Positions 14,237 to 29,100 of a stretch of 64,000 nt of DNA are shown here, piece by piece; within the stretch, counting starts at the first letter, position 1, and each line of letters starts with the position of its first letter. The DNA is from Lytechinus pictus (lineage: Eukaryota): assembly GCF_037042905.1 (NCBI RefSeq), contig NC_087261.1, positions 19,840,001 to 19,904,000 of the forward strand, read 5' to 3'. The notes below the pieces were generated by a model that made no database searches, was not told where the DNA came from, and saw nothing but the letters and a program-made list of their open reading frames with translations. A program made the translations under genes and the position numbers.

Positions 14237-16075
14237 TAGTTCCACCATCACTACCAACACTGCCACCACCAATAGGATCTCGACTCACCCCTTAGAAGAT
14301 GTCTTCCGTAATTATGTACATGTTCCTAAATGAGCAGAACTCTGGTTGTTGTCCATGCCACTTTGCTATCCATTAATAAAACGTTTACCCAGGATCAAGT
14401 TAAGGGAAACAGACATTGTCTTATGAAGACATTACACAATGTAGTGTAAGGATTTGCTCCACGAAATACGCATAAATCAATGTTCTACCCAGCGAACATC
14501 CACGTTTTTTTTTTAGATATTGTTTATATACTCAACGTTTGGGAGGACAAAGATTAACTGTTTGCAATAATTATGCTTTACTGGCGTACAGACGGTAGGG
14601 GCTTTGGAGCAATGCCCCTCCCCAGGACAACTACAAAGAGTTTGACTGGATAACCTTATATCACTATCATACCATCACTATCATACTATAACCTTATATC
14701 ACTATCATACGTACGAATTGGGTCATATTTGACACATTCCTCGTTAGGATGAAGCGATCGATCTCGAACTATAGGACATATTTGAATACTCCTTATCCTT
14801 GCTAGAATCTGTTCGATTTCATCTTCGTGTCTGTGTTAGGCGATAGGATACATTATATACGGTATATGGAAAATATACAGAGCATCGTCTGTGTGATCAT
14901 GTGATCATAATTTCACTTCGTCTAGAAATATGTCAGTTCTGGTTATTTTTTTTATTCAGAATTCTTGTAATTGAGTATTATACGAGTGTTAATCGAAATA
15001 AGTTCGGATAGTTCTTTGTACAGCACAATTTTTTTTTCAAGTTAATATGTATACGTCTGCTTCTGGGATTCTGTACTATTTGATAATTGGGAGTTTTCGT
15101 TCCGCGTCGCACGACCAAATTAAGAACGCAGTAAGTGTATTAAAAGTGCCCGTCAAATGTCGGTCTATGTTGAGAATTGATGAACCGGAACAGCAATTTC
15201 CTCAAGTTTCGCAGCTGACGAAAAATTGATTAAAATGTCGTTTGTCCAGAGTCCAGGTCGACTTTGTTGTTTTGATTCACCAATTTTCGACAAAGACTTC
15301 TTGTTTGTGCTTTGTCACGAAGGGCATTTGACAATACATTTTCTATGTTTTTTAATCCGTCGCGCGACGTGGAGCGAATGCTCCCTTATAATCCCATCAT
15401 CACCCACTTACTGTATGAGCTAAATCTTTTCATGCGATTAATAAATTCACCTGATTGAAATTATTCTAATCCTGTTTTCAACAAATTCATTTTATGATAT
15501 AATAAGAATAGGAAAATACGAAAATGTGACAAATTTCCAATGAATCAATTGATACATTATCTTTGTCATGAATGAAGAAGAAGTATTTGAAAACGCAATA
15601 CTGACGGTCTGTCATGTCTATAATTTGATAGTGTAAAGGAGGGTTAAATCTTTACTAGATTCAACGTTCAGAAAACCATAACATGTGTTATCACGCGATA
15701 CGCTTTACCAATCTGCGAGAATTTATCGACCAATTTTACTTAATTAAATATAAATAAAATCCAAGTAAAACACATTGAAGTACATCAATTCAGTACTATA
15801 AGGCCTAAAAAAGAGTATGCACTCGCCATATATACAGGCCCAGTGGAAATAAATAGCAAGAATATTAAAAAAAAACAATACAAATGTGAATATTAGAACC
15901 GTGTGTTTTATAACAAGTCAACGTACATTTTTGGAAGACCAACTAAAACACAAAGCTTGTACCTGTGTGGGCTTCTCCGAAAGAATGGCAGTAAGGAAAT
16001 TAAATTTATACATGGACATCTGCATTCCAAAGTACTACGTGCCCTGAACATTTGGAAACAGAATCTAAACACTAT

Positions 16076-16386
16076 GGCCCGTATTCTGAAGTCGGGTTTA
16101 ACTTAAACTCAGGTTTAAAGTTGTGGTTTAAGTATGGACAGCCAATTGTTACATAATCACTAAAAGTAGAGATATCATACTTTCAGCTCATTCGGCTCTC
16201 AAATCATTCATAATTGTGTAGGAAGTATAAATAGATGATTGTCTTCACCATCAATGATTCAGAAAAGAGCACAGTAAACATAAGAAACATACAACTTAAT
16301 AAAAATTGTGATACTTTTGGCTTCCCATACTTAAACCACAACTTTAAACCCGAGTTTAAGTTAAACCCGACTTCAGAATACGGGCC
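16076..16386. mobile_element. Palindromic MITE (GGCCCGTATTCTGAAGTCGGG TIR); relatives at 17764-17820 and 28147-28468
   Basis: ggcccgtattctgaagtcgggtttaac...gttaaacccgacttcagaatacgggcc. Confidence 0.85.
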
Positions 16387-17117
16387 ATTCATATCACTAA
16401 CGATATCAGATTCCTTTGATCACTACAAAAATTGTAATACGATAGTTACCAGCTGAATGCATAAAACAAATAATGCATGCATTGGTCCGAAATTATAATC
16501 ATCAAACAACGATCAAAACATATTAAAGCACATAAAGCGAAGCCAATGAAGTGCAATGCAAGGGATAGACCATGTGTGCAGTGATAACGGGGGCGAAGGA
16601 GCGGGGAAAGAGATGGAAAAATAAATAGAGAGAGAGCGATGGAGATCAGAGATCAGAGATAGAATGAATCTGCATACTTGTCAAGTGCCACTAAAATTTT
16701 AGACTGTTAAAACGTAAAGTTATCCCTTCATACTCATTAATATAATTGCTCTTTTGCTTTCGTTAAAGTCGGAAATAGCTCATTTGATACAAAACCAAAG
16801 TCGAAAGCACCAAAAAAAATCGTGTCTTCTTTTCGTTTACTTGCTTGCATATTTTGTAGGATCTGTTTTGAAAAAAATATTTCACCGAAACTTTTAAAGC
16901 ACAATTATAAGTATTCATTACAATTACTTTATTAAATAGTAATAATTATTATTGCTCTTTTGTCGGAAATGGATAATGATTTCGTGTAAGTCAAATCGTT
17001 GAAAGGTCAATTGATCTTTTCTATTACCAGAGGAAAGATTATCTGTATTCGAAACTGTTGAATCAATATTTTACCATCTTTCGAACAATGTAAAGGGGAG
17101 CTGACAGGGAAAGCATC

Positions 17118-20100
17118 ATGATCTGGTTTGTCTGCCTTTGTGGATATCTTGTATTTGGTAAGTTACTTAAATTTCTTTCATTCCTTTATTTTGCTACTTC
17201 TGTTCTTTAATATGCCAAATTTTATGATAATTATTGTACATAATGATATCAATCCTTCATCTTGAATTGTTGGGCTTTGTTTACAGAAACAAATTCCTGT
17301 TCTGTGGAATACGCGTACAATTTTAGCGTTCAGTGTGTGATTTTTTCTGTTTTACTTTTGTTTGTTTGCTTTTCTGATTATGCTGGTAACGCTATTTCGG
17401 ATTTTTATAAATTAGCCTCACCTGGCAATTACATCAGTATGCAAATCATAGGACGCCATTTAGAGGTTCCAAGTGTTAATAACTTTTTGAGGTGCATCGT
17501 CCTTACGTTTAGGAGCTTGCCCGTCCCCTACCCTTAAAAAAAATAAGGCAAATAATTTGGGTTACATTTACTGATAATATTCGCTCTACTGTCATTTATG
17601 CTGTTACTCAAAACACCACTAGCAAAAACTGTGGTGTCATCCGGTGTGACACCAAGGAACTCACCAGTCATTATGTACTCCGGTGTTTAATTTACAGTGT
17701 TAGCTCAACACCAATGGATATTATTACAACAAAACATGTATTAATTCTTAATTTAACGCTCTTTGGCCCGTATTCTGAAGTCGGGTTCAATTTTAATTCT
17801 GGATTAAAGTTGTGGATTAACTATCAGTTCGTCCACTCACCAAATGATCTACTTTCATTTACTCTAATGCCATTCCGTCTAATAACCAGTTGGTCCAATA
17901 GCCATTTAGTCCATATACCATTTGGTCTAATAGGACCAAGTGTTACATTGTGTAAAATGAATGAAAATGGAATGGATATTAGACCAACTGGTTATGAGAC
18001 GATATGATGAGCGTAAGAAACATATTTGGTCCATTGGACCAAATGGTTGTTAGACCAAATGTTGATGGACGGAATTGTATTAGACTTCTAATAAATGAAA
18101 GCAGACCATTATGGAGAGTCGACGAGTTGGCAGTACACGCTAACTCAAGGTGTAACTTTAACACCGAGTAAGGATTAAGGCTTTATATATATACACTGTA
18201 AAAATGATGTGCTAATTTAGCACTTACAGTGCTTGTATAGTGACTGCACTACGAGTGCTGATTTTCTAGTTCAAATTTAAACTAGAAAATCAGCACTCGT
18301 AGTGCAGTCACTATACAAGCACTGTAAGTGCTAAATTAGCACATCATTTTTTACAGTGTATGAACACAAATTTTTACAGTGAACAGTTGTGTGTATGAAG
18401 TTGCCTCCTCGTCTTTTATTCATTTTACAATCAGATTTTTCGTATGTCGCTCTTGGTTTGCGACTACACTCGAACCCTGATGGAAAAGAAACGTCCATGG
18501 CGGGAAAGGACGCATCACTCACTTGTTACTATTCGCCAGCCCTATCGTCTCCAGATCAATTTGACTCTCTCTTTTGGAAGTTTTCGCCAAAGAATGACCC
18601 AGCGAATGAGGTTGAGTTGGCATCCTACAGAGTTTCTATGGGAATAAGGTAAGCAGGCGCTGTACTAATGCCCCCCCCCCATTGTAAATGAATAAGAAAT
18701 ATTAAAACACTCCCCTTTTCGCCACTAAATCAAGATACCTGTGTAAAAGTTTAAACCCTGGATACGTCTATTTTAGTCATAAGCACTGGGCATATTTGTA
18801 ATTTTCTAGTATAGTTTCTTTGTTGAAAGACTGAAATTCTCCCGCGTCTGTCGCTTTAAATCCCTAACCTATATAGGCTATTCCGTAAGGATTTTCACAG
18901 AAGCTTTATCCATGTGCTTAGCTTTTTTATTTCTGTTTTGCTAAAGCCATTGAACTTAGTGTCACTTTACGTTGAATGGATATTTAAGATTACCCCAAGA
19001 AATATTATGGTTATGATGGTTATATATAAAACTACGAAATTAAAACTAACTTGCATTGGTTAAATCAGCGGTTATTCCTATTTATACTTATCACAGGCAA
19101 TGTGATGAAAATATGATGAAAATAATAAGCAACATTTATGCAGCTCTAATAATACATTGTTTCAAAGCGTCGCTCACTTACCCCGGCTTTAGCACGGCTA
19201 CTCGTATCGGGCGCAGGAGCATTCAAGGAACTTCTTCCTACCGGGTACCCCAATTACTACACCTGGATAAGAGTGACCGATGTAGACAAACGCCTTGCCA
19301 AAGGGCGCGAGTGCTGTGGTGGGATTCGAATCCCCGTACCTTGTGGTTCAGAGTCCGGAGACTTATCAACTGAGCCACACCAACTCTACTAAATACGGTA
19401 TTTACCGTTATGTACAGAGTATCTTAGGAAACAATGTCATCACGTTCTAGGGGAAGATGGCCATGCATTTAAAAAATACATATCAACCTTAAGGATTTCT
19501 TTCAGCATTCCTTAACCCGCTGTTTTTTAAGCTGTTGGAACTTCACAAACAGCGCCATGGAACAGCAGCTAGAGAAAACAAAAAGATAAAATGGGGGAGG
19601 GGTCGATATTGAAAGGAGGTGTAAATGTAAAGAAAGAATCATTGTGGCGAGATCAAACGCTGATTAAACGTAAAATGGTGATAAACAGATTTTAGAGGGT
19701 AACATTACGGCCCATTAGCGCCCCCCCCCCCCATTCCCTGACGTGAGTTGAGGCAAGGTCGTATGGGACAGTTAATTGTGATTCAAGCGCACACCCCCCC
19801 CCCCCCTAAAAAATGAAGTAGGCGTACCTCAAATACTTACACTCACCCAAACACGCGGGCGTGTACGCACATCCCTCAGTTTCGGTTCATTTTGATTAAT
19901 TTGAAACGGTGTTGAATCTGATCCGATATTTTTGTTATATATACATGATATAGTAGTCGCTAGCAGCTATATAAGCCTCTACTTTACGGAAATGAAGAAA
20001 AGGTAAAGGAAAGTAGTATTGTATTACTGGCTTGAAATATATTAGAGACCTTGACAAATTATTGTGATCCTTCTGAGATAAACTAATTTGCCAAGTTACA

Positions 20101-23100
20101 TACCAAAGAAGACCAATTTCTAATCCATCCTAATATACAGGGCCTTAAAACTAATTTCCTGCGAAAGTACCAGATTCTATTATGTGCATATGTTTCGTTA
20201 TATTAATTTCATTAATATATTTTATCCATACTTTCACTTGATTATTGTAAAGTAATCTCCTTGTATCGATTTGTCCGTAAACATTTCCTTTGCATAACCA
20301 TGATAACCGGACGCCTCACTTTCACATGATATAGTGGTTACGTTTGCCGTGCTGACGCCTGCAATCATTTTACTTATAGAATAAAATGAAAGGAAATATG
20401 AATTTAAACGTGTTAAAGGTGTTATCGACTTAAAATAAATTTATCTAAATAAATAGAGTAAATTTCTCTGAGCAAAACACCGAACTTTCATCAATGTCTT
20501 ATAACAAATAGCGGAGTTATATAATTTTACACTTAAACGAGATCTTGTGAAAATAGTTTTCGAATATGGAATTCCCTCCCTTCCAATGTAATTTCTAGCA
20601 CAAATGTTACTGCATTTAAAAATTAAAAACAAAACTCAAAAGTTCACTTGTAATTATGTATGCCAATTAATCACATAATTCATTTCCACACCCTTTCCCT
20701 GACCCCCCCCCCCCCCCTCCCCTCTCTTGTAGGTTTACCGTCTTATTTCTTTTGTATTGTTCGTATTTATTATTGTTACCTTTTCACTTTTATGTACGTT
20801 AATATATATGTATTGGGTGTCCCACTCATCAAGCTTTGGCTTTTAGGGGCACCCTAATCATTTAAACTATATTGTACATTCATGTATGAATTTGTATATA
20901 TTTTGGTTTATATATTGATTTTTTAAATGATTGAATAAATTGAATTGAATTGAATTGAATTGAATTGAAAATAACACTTCCCATTTGTAAAGGTACAACA
21001 GCGGATTGTCGTCGAAGTTGAGACTGAATGCGAGCTGGCAATATGGAGGATTACTGACGATCATGAACACTACCTTGGATGATCAAGGGGACTATACTTG
21101 TCAGGTTGCAACATTGATGGGCTTTGAAGACAGCATTATAACACTTACAGTTTACGGTAAGTTCAAAAGTTCACTGCAAAATATCCGAAAAATACAACCA
21201 CCCCTAAAGCCTACTAGCTAAAGTCAAAGTTTAAGTTTATAAGCCCAAAGATGTGACCTATAAAGAACTACATTGGAGTGAATGGCACAGAACCTCAAAA
21301 CTGACTTGATCAGTTCAAATATATGGCGCTATCGTGGCTGTTTTTTGTTTTTTATGTAACACAGATCAAATAATCTTTTTGGAGGGTATTCATCTAAACG
21401 TTATCTATTCATTTTTGTAGAGATATATCAAGGAGTTACCAGCACTGGTAACCCCTTGGTTATATTCATATATGGCATTCATTTCAGCCGTACCACGGTA
21501 TCTTCAAATCTACGACGCAAGCCATCAACTGATCGACCACACATCACCTTTGCAAATAGCTTCAGGGGAGCCGTACATCATCTTTTGCGCAGCCTTTCCA
21601 GCATCCAGCCCGGCAGCTAACCTGAGCTGGCAACTTGACCCAACACTGAAAGTAGCCCGTAACATGATCTACGCCGCACCGGAGAACGTAACATCGTTAA
21701 CCAGGCCCTCATCATCGTCGTCTTCGGCGAGGGGATGGGAATTCTTCGCTACGGAAAGGCGGCTTGTCCTGACGCCGAGGGATGAAGACCACGGAGCGAT
21801 CATCCGTTGCTCTTGCGATCATATTGGGTTACGTGAGGATTTATCCGTCTCCATCACACTGAGTGTGCTAGGTAACTTTATATCAAAACTTCTCTTCAAT
21901 GGGTTTCTTTTATAAGAAGAAGTAGGAAAAGAGTGTACACACAATCTGCACACACCCCACCTAGACACACACATGCAATTTGTTTCTATGTTTTTAAATT
22001 CAATTTAATATGGGCTTATCATTATATTTCATTTCAATTGTTTATACAGAGTGAGTCAGAAAAAATGTCCCACTTTTGTAAAGTTGAATTGTTTAAAATA
22101 TGAATATTTAATCATTAGTTTCATGATATGTCTTGATAGGGGTATCCTCCAAGTACACTCAGGTACCATTTTCATTTGATCCCCTGCACGCATGACTGAA
22201 CATCGGACAATCTTTAGAAGACTGTCAGATCTCACTTGCGCCAAGTTACTGGGTGATGAATAAAACAGTGCTTTAGACAAAGACAGTCAGACAGACAGAC
22301 TGGTATGCTCACACACACACACACACCCACCCTCACAAACACACAAACACACACAACACACATGGTAATAACTGGTTCATAATTTTCTCTTTTCTGATTA
22401 AGCATTGATTTTTAGCAAGATCGCTGAATGTTTAAGTGGCAATTCCCGACAATCTTTCCCCTTTAAACACATTCACTATCACCATCATATCATCATCATC
22501 ATCCTCATTGTCATCATCTTGATCTTGATCTTCATCTTCATCATCATCATCAAGTGCACATAAATCCAATATGCTGGTTATGTCTTGTGTTGGTTAACAA
22601 TGAAAATTTACAATGGATGTCTGTGCTTTTGTTGCACATGCCTATAAAAGGGCTTGCCTGATTTGGCAGCAGTCACTTGAGCCTCTTTTTACAGTAGCAA
22701 AAGTACACGAATCATGGTTCGTCCTCAATTCACACCACAACATCGGTCATTTATGGTCACCGAGTATGCAAGGACGGACTGTCTTCGTTCAAAAGAGTGT
22801 TTTATTCCCCACCATGTAACTTGGCGCAAGTGAGATCTGACAGTCTTCTAAAGATTGTCCGCTGTTCAGTCATGCGTGCAGGGGATCAAATGAAAAAGGT
22901 ACCTGAATTTACTGGGAGGATACCTCTATCAAGACATATCATAAAACTAATGATTAAATATTCATATTTTAAACAATTCAACTTTACAAAAGTGGGACAT
23001 TTTTTCTGACTCACTCTGTACAGTCGTTTCTGTAATTAACAGGATAGTGAAATCAAGTATGTGTTTATTTTTTTGTCTCTTAATTTCGTCATGATATCAA

Positions 23101-26100
23101 TGATACTAGGTAGAATTTATAAAAACTAAAATAAAAATGATTGACAGCATATTTGATCAATCAGAGAAAATACGAGTTTGATTTTAAGGATAAATCTTAG
23201 GATCTCGTACCTTTCCTCGGCTCCTTTTTTGTATTCTTTAGTTTTTTCCCTTTCTCTTTATCATCTTCTTCCTGTAATTCTTATTCCTTCTAATAATTCA
23301 TTCTTTACCTTCCTTCCTTCCTTTGCTTGATTTCATTTCCTTTTTTTTCTTCTACACACCCATTTCTTTGTCTCTCACAACTGCAATTAGTAAGATTCTG
23401 GCACTCTTATATAGGCTTGTATATTTGATGGAGTTGGAGAATAATATGGCCGACACAAAATAATTTACACACCTCTCACTTTGTGGGCAGTTTCTCCGAG
23501 TTACATCCGGGTATACACCGGTGATTTTCGGCCTCTGACTGACACCGGAAGCTTAAACGTTTCACAGGACAGTGAGGTGTCCTTCGTCTGCATGAGCACC
23601 AGGTCGAGGCCGGCAACCGTCCCACGATGGTGGATTGGCGATGACGAGATTACAGACGATGTGACAAGGACGGTAATCCCGTACGACGATCAAGATCTCT
23701 ATGATGTATCCAGTCGCCTGACCTTGGGAAAGGTTCTCCGACAATATCATGGCAAAGCTATTGCTTGTTCGGCTTCCGCTTTGAATCTTCGACCTGTGGA
23801 AACGAATTTCACTTTGCTCGTTCTGGGTAGGCACAATTTGATTTTTGACCCATGACTAAACTTGTTGGCATGTGACTAAAGGGACTTCCATAAAGACAAG
23901 GTGTCATTAGCACGCGAGTTTAAATTGTATGATTTTTATTTCATGCCGGAAAGAAAGTTCAGGTCGGGTAACCAGAATCCTGTTAAATGGTCTATCGTTA
24001 CTTGTTTGAATCCCATTAGCTTACATTCACCCATATGAAAACTAGTTAAATAGATTTTAGATTTCTTCAAAAAGCTCTACAATAGATCACGACGTGACAA
24101 TTTGTTTAAGTGGTCAGTTTGCTTCTTAATAACCTATACCTATGCAGGACCACCGGACCCTCCACAAATAAGAAACATCTCAGTGGCCGTCACGGAGGGA
24201 AGATCAAGTTCTTTAGAGTGCGTCGCCTTGCATGGGTACCCTCCAGCAGACATCGAATGGCTCATTGACGGATATTCTACTTCCGATTTTGATACCGTGA
24301 TTGTGAAACGATGGCGATATGATCTCGTAAGCCGTTTGACAATTCACCCAAACCGAACTATGAACGGGAAAGAAGTCACCTGCATCGTCCGTTTTCCGTC
24401 AGTCCAACCAACGGAAATGAACAGTTCGGTGTCTTTGAATGTTTCATGTGAGTTCAGTGCAGGCATTTCCACAATATTTTAAGTTAACTTTTTTGGCAGA
24501 TTCCCTGACCTTGACATAGCTCTTCACTAACACCTTTCACTGTTTCATGCTTCCGATTTATTTTTGGGAGAGGCTTTATATTCTCACTCGTAGACCATGC
24601 CCCACGCAAACCACATTCATCGCACCAGTATCACATTATACCACATATTCTTCGATCCATGTGGATACTCCTTGCAAATCGATAGTCAATATCCTACGTT
24701 CAACCTTGGACATTTGCACATTATGTTAGGAATCTGTCCTTTCGATATGACAAGATGGGTTTCTTTATGCTTGTGTCATTTAGTTTTAGATTTCTCGTTG
24801 TAGTAATTTTTTTGTGTTTCCGATGGCACATTCCGGTCCGTGCAGGATATGATGCACTGATAGCGCCTATAGACCCGAAACGAGTTTGCTCTAACCCAGG
24901 CCAAAAACGTAGAAAAGCTGATCCGCGACCGAAATAAATACTAAATACAATTTTGACAAAACCCAATTTCTGAGATCGAGGCTAGACCGAAGATCCAGCT
25001 AGTTTTTAAATAATTTGATTGTACCTTAATTATTAACAATGATTTGCACTTATGGTAATATATAGATCACCTTTACAATGATTTGTATTCTTTTGCCTCG
25101 TCTATTGCCAACAGTTTGTCCATACAGCCTTTCCATATCATGCCAACCCGTGTCGGCTGGCCAACCCAGTGACATCACTTGCAGATCTGCACTGGGAAAC
25201 CCCGCCCCCAGCTTACTGTGGACCCTCGACGGACAGGGGATCGAAGACCTTCATGTCAATCAGTCAGAGACTTCAAGTAGCAGTAACACCACAATGGGGT
25301 TTTTCTCTTCGTCTCTATTTTCGAGGAGTTTCGACGCCGATGACCACGGGAAGCTCGTCCGGTGCTGTGCAGCGCGGAACGTGATTTTGGGATGCACTGA
25401 ATATGTCTGCGCGGAATGTCCACTGAATGTTTATTGTAAGTAATCTACTCTTCTTCTAATCAATAATTGTTCCATATCTACCAAAGATAGTTTATTTTGA
25501 TTACTGACACTTCAGGATACGATCTAATTTCAATATATCAGGAAATAAAATAAGAAGGTGACACATTAACAAGGTGCAAGTGACATCTCCAATGTATTGA
25601 AGCTTCCTGTAAATGGTGCGCCAAATGTTTACATTTCGTTGGCATAAAAGCTTGCAAATACAGCAAGATTTAAAGATGGAAGAGATTGTTTGTTGATAGA
25701 ACGACGAAGGATTTTTCCCCCAATTATTCTTTGATATTAGGTAAACCGAAACTTCTCCAATCTGGAAATGACATGGTAAAGTCGCGCCATGAGTACTACA
25801 TTACCCTTAGTTGCTCAGCCCGTGGGAATCCATACCCCTCGATAGAATGGTACAGTCCATGGATGGTTCAAGATTCGCCCATCAACGCATCTACACCTGG
25901 CGTCATCTCACTGGTCGATACCATTATTGACGGGGGTGGGTCTGATCGGGTGACTGTGCAGAGTACATTGGTGATCGAATCTTCGGCAGGAATTGATGCA
26001 AAGGTTCAAGGGGTCAGGTGCGAGGCTTCGAACTCCATCGGCTCCACTTATACAGTATCCTTCTTTGGCAATGCATCGGGTAAGATTTTGTAAACTGAAT

Positions 26101-29100
26101 TTACTGTGATACTCGAATTTACCTCCATTCTGTTATAGAACAACCTCGAAAACTTGACCCTTCTGCCTTAACTTATAATTCCCATACCTTTGGTTAGGTC
26201 TTACCTAGTATGGACAAATACTTAACAAAAAAAACAGCGTTGTGCTCCTTCAGGTAGCAGATGTGATATTACGTGGTTCAATAAAAAGGGATGGTATTTG
26301 ATGGCAAAATTAGTTATCATGAATTTTACATTCGACAAGAACAATTTTACATAGACATGATATAAACAATGTCTGGATATCGTCAATTAGGTGATTAGGC
26401 AACCTAGTCTTTTGGGGAAAATCGTTTTATATCACTTATAGATGCTCAACGCTTCTATCGAGGAGGGGATATTCATATTTAATGCTTCTACTTATACCTA
26501 AATCTTGAAGATATCTCTTCAGTGTATGACCCAAGGACTGGTCTTTTGACGGTGCGTTATGATCCTGATTTCATGCCGGCACTGGCCGCTGCCATACCCT
26601 GTGTCCACGTGGATTACAAGCTCGCTAGCACCCAAGCATGGAAGTGGGGTGCCACTTGCTTCAGACTGCAAACTAATGAGACGGTAGTCCAGGTCCAAAG
26701 TGGGCTAGAGAACACTGAGCTCGGGCTGAGGGTGTGCTTCTACGAGGAGTTCTGTAGCAGTCCGCTGCCACCTCGACCATGTGAGAATACTTTGCACTGT
26801 CATCTCTCAAGATTGCACGCAAGTATCGAATTCTTTGCCATTGCTTATTAAAATCGAAACTGGATCGAGGAAATCTGTACTCACGGGATAGACTGATCAA
26901 ACAAAAGATAAACATTCCACATATCTGTATGAGTTAGGAAGGACAAAATGATTCTATAAACATGAATATATTGATTGATAAGCATTTCATCTATTTGGGT
27001 AAATGTTGGTTAAATCATGCAAATAAAACTTCCAAGATTATTTTTTTCTGATTTGTATCCATTACCATGGTTGTTTCCTCAACTTTTCATGAAATCGTTA
27101 GACATTTATTGCATTTCGTTGAATTTGACATGATCATTGATATATATTGAAAAACAGGAATGCTTCCGACTATTCTGATACATTTTTTGGGGGGTGGGGG
27201 GTAAATACTAGGTCATGATCCAAGAATTGCAGGAATAGTTTGATCCTGAGCTGGTGAAGATGTCACACCTGGGTTACAATAGGAGGACTAATTATTACTA
27301 CGAGTAGACAAGTAATCTGTCTGGATTTCATTTTTTTTTTACTATCAAAGTCTTGTGTTGACTGGGTCATAATGGAAATTAATCAAAATGCATGGAAACA
27401 TGCATGCATCTCGTTCATCATCTAAATCAGCCTTCATACTCCAGTCAAATCGCCAAAAGAAAAATGATATTTCTTCACCGGTTGGGCAAAGGAGGTTCAG
27501 TGATTACGTTTCCCAGAATCGGTGTTAGACGGCAAATCATACTAATATTCTTCTGCCAAGCAGCTATGTCCGATTTAAAATATAACAACTGTGTTGGTCC
27601 GGTCCAAATGAATATTTTCTGTCTTCATGTTATAATAACGCAAGTGAAACCTACAGTAGTCCAGAATCAGCCCTTTGGTTTCAGTTTAAAGTCTCCTCTC
27701 CTCGTTTTCTTCTGATGTATTTATCTTCACTGGAAATATCTCCGGGGAGGGGTTAGTGGGGTTGTTTCTTATTCGGGCGTAGAGGTAGAGGTTGCTTTAT
27801 TTGCCCACCTGATTTGGGTGAAACATAATAATCTTAGCAAATGACGAGTGCTGGGGCTGTTCAAGGTATATGACAGATTTGCTTTAATATTTTTACAACG
27901 ATTTTTTACTTTCCACCGAATTTTCTTCTTTTTTTTCTTTCTATTGAATTTCATAGCTTTTCAGAAATCAACAAGACCAATCAACATTCTTCTGGTTCCA
28001 ATATTGGTCGGTGCAGCAATCGGTGGGATTCTCTGTTTCTCAGGGGGATTCATTATATGTCGCAAAAGAAGCAAGAAAGGTATTCACTTTTTGTAATTGT
28101 AAAGTAATTCATGATTTTAAACACTGCATGAAATCTTTGGATTCAGAGGTCCTTATTCTGAAGTCGTGTTTAACTTAGACCACGGTCTAACTCTCTGCTA
28201 AAATTATGGGAGCCAAAAATTCAAAAATTCTGTTTATATTGTATACTTCTAATGTTTACTATTTTGTTCCCGTTAGCTTTCATAATGAGAAAAAATACTT
28301 TAAAATACTTCAGTTATCATTCCCAGACAATTATAAACAATTTGGGTGTAATATGAATTAATAAATTGGATGTGTAGTGTTACAGATTTGTGCTCTAATT
28401 GGCTGTCCATAGTAAAACCACAAGTTTAAACCAGGGTTTAATTGAAACCCGAGTTCAGAATACGGGCCAAAAAGATTATATTTGAATCTGAAAGGTCGAA
28501 ATGTAAAAAAAAATAGATGTTGACTTTAAGGCGTTTGTTTGTATACAAGAAACCGGACGGCCGTTCGGTTCTTCATGTCAGCAGTTTTATAAGGCACATT
28601 AAACGAAATCATTGTTTCATTGAATGTTCGTTGTATCAGGACGTACTAGGTCGATTCAACCTGATGATCGAGGGGACTCCAGAAGGATCCAGAATTCCTC
28701 CAGACGTAGGCCCACAGAACAAAGTCTTCATGCAGGAGAAGGAGGTAAGGACATAAGCAAGAGGCACATTTGCCATTGACGTGCTTAAGATTATTTCCGT
28801 TGTGACGAAGATGATTGTAAGAGTTGATTTTAAGATGGTTCGCCAATCAAACAACTGTCATACAAGGATGTTCTGGTGTTATCTGTCACGCTTTCCAATT
28901 GTATCATATGTTCATATTGCAATCTTATGCATATCACTTTTTTCCAGAATAAATGCATCCTTACACAAGGGGACATGTGGACCCCCCCCCCCCCCCGTTA
29001 TTTTGAAAACCTTTCTTGTGCATTTTGGGGGGGCTAGTTACACTCACGGTGTGTCACCGATCCTCCAATTTCAATCTAAATACGAAAAAATATATATTCT

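Noticed and set aside
28640-28744. RGD motif (DDRGDS) in the Ig receptor
   Set aside because: It lies on the cytoplasmic side of the TM helix, so it cannot bind integrins.
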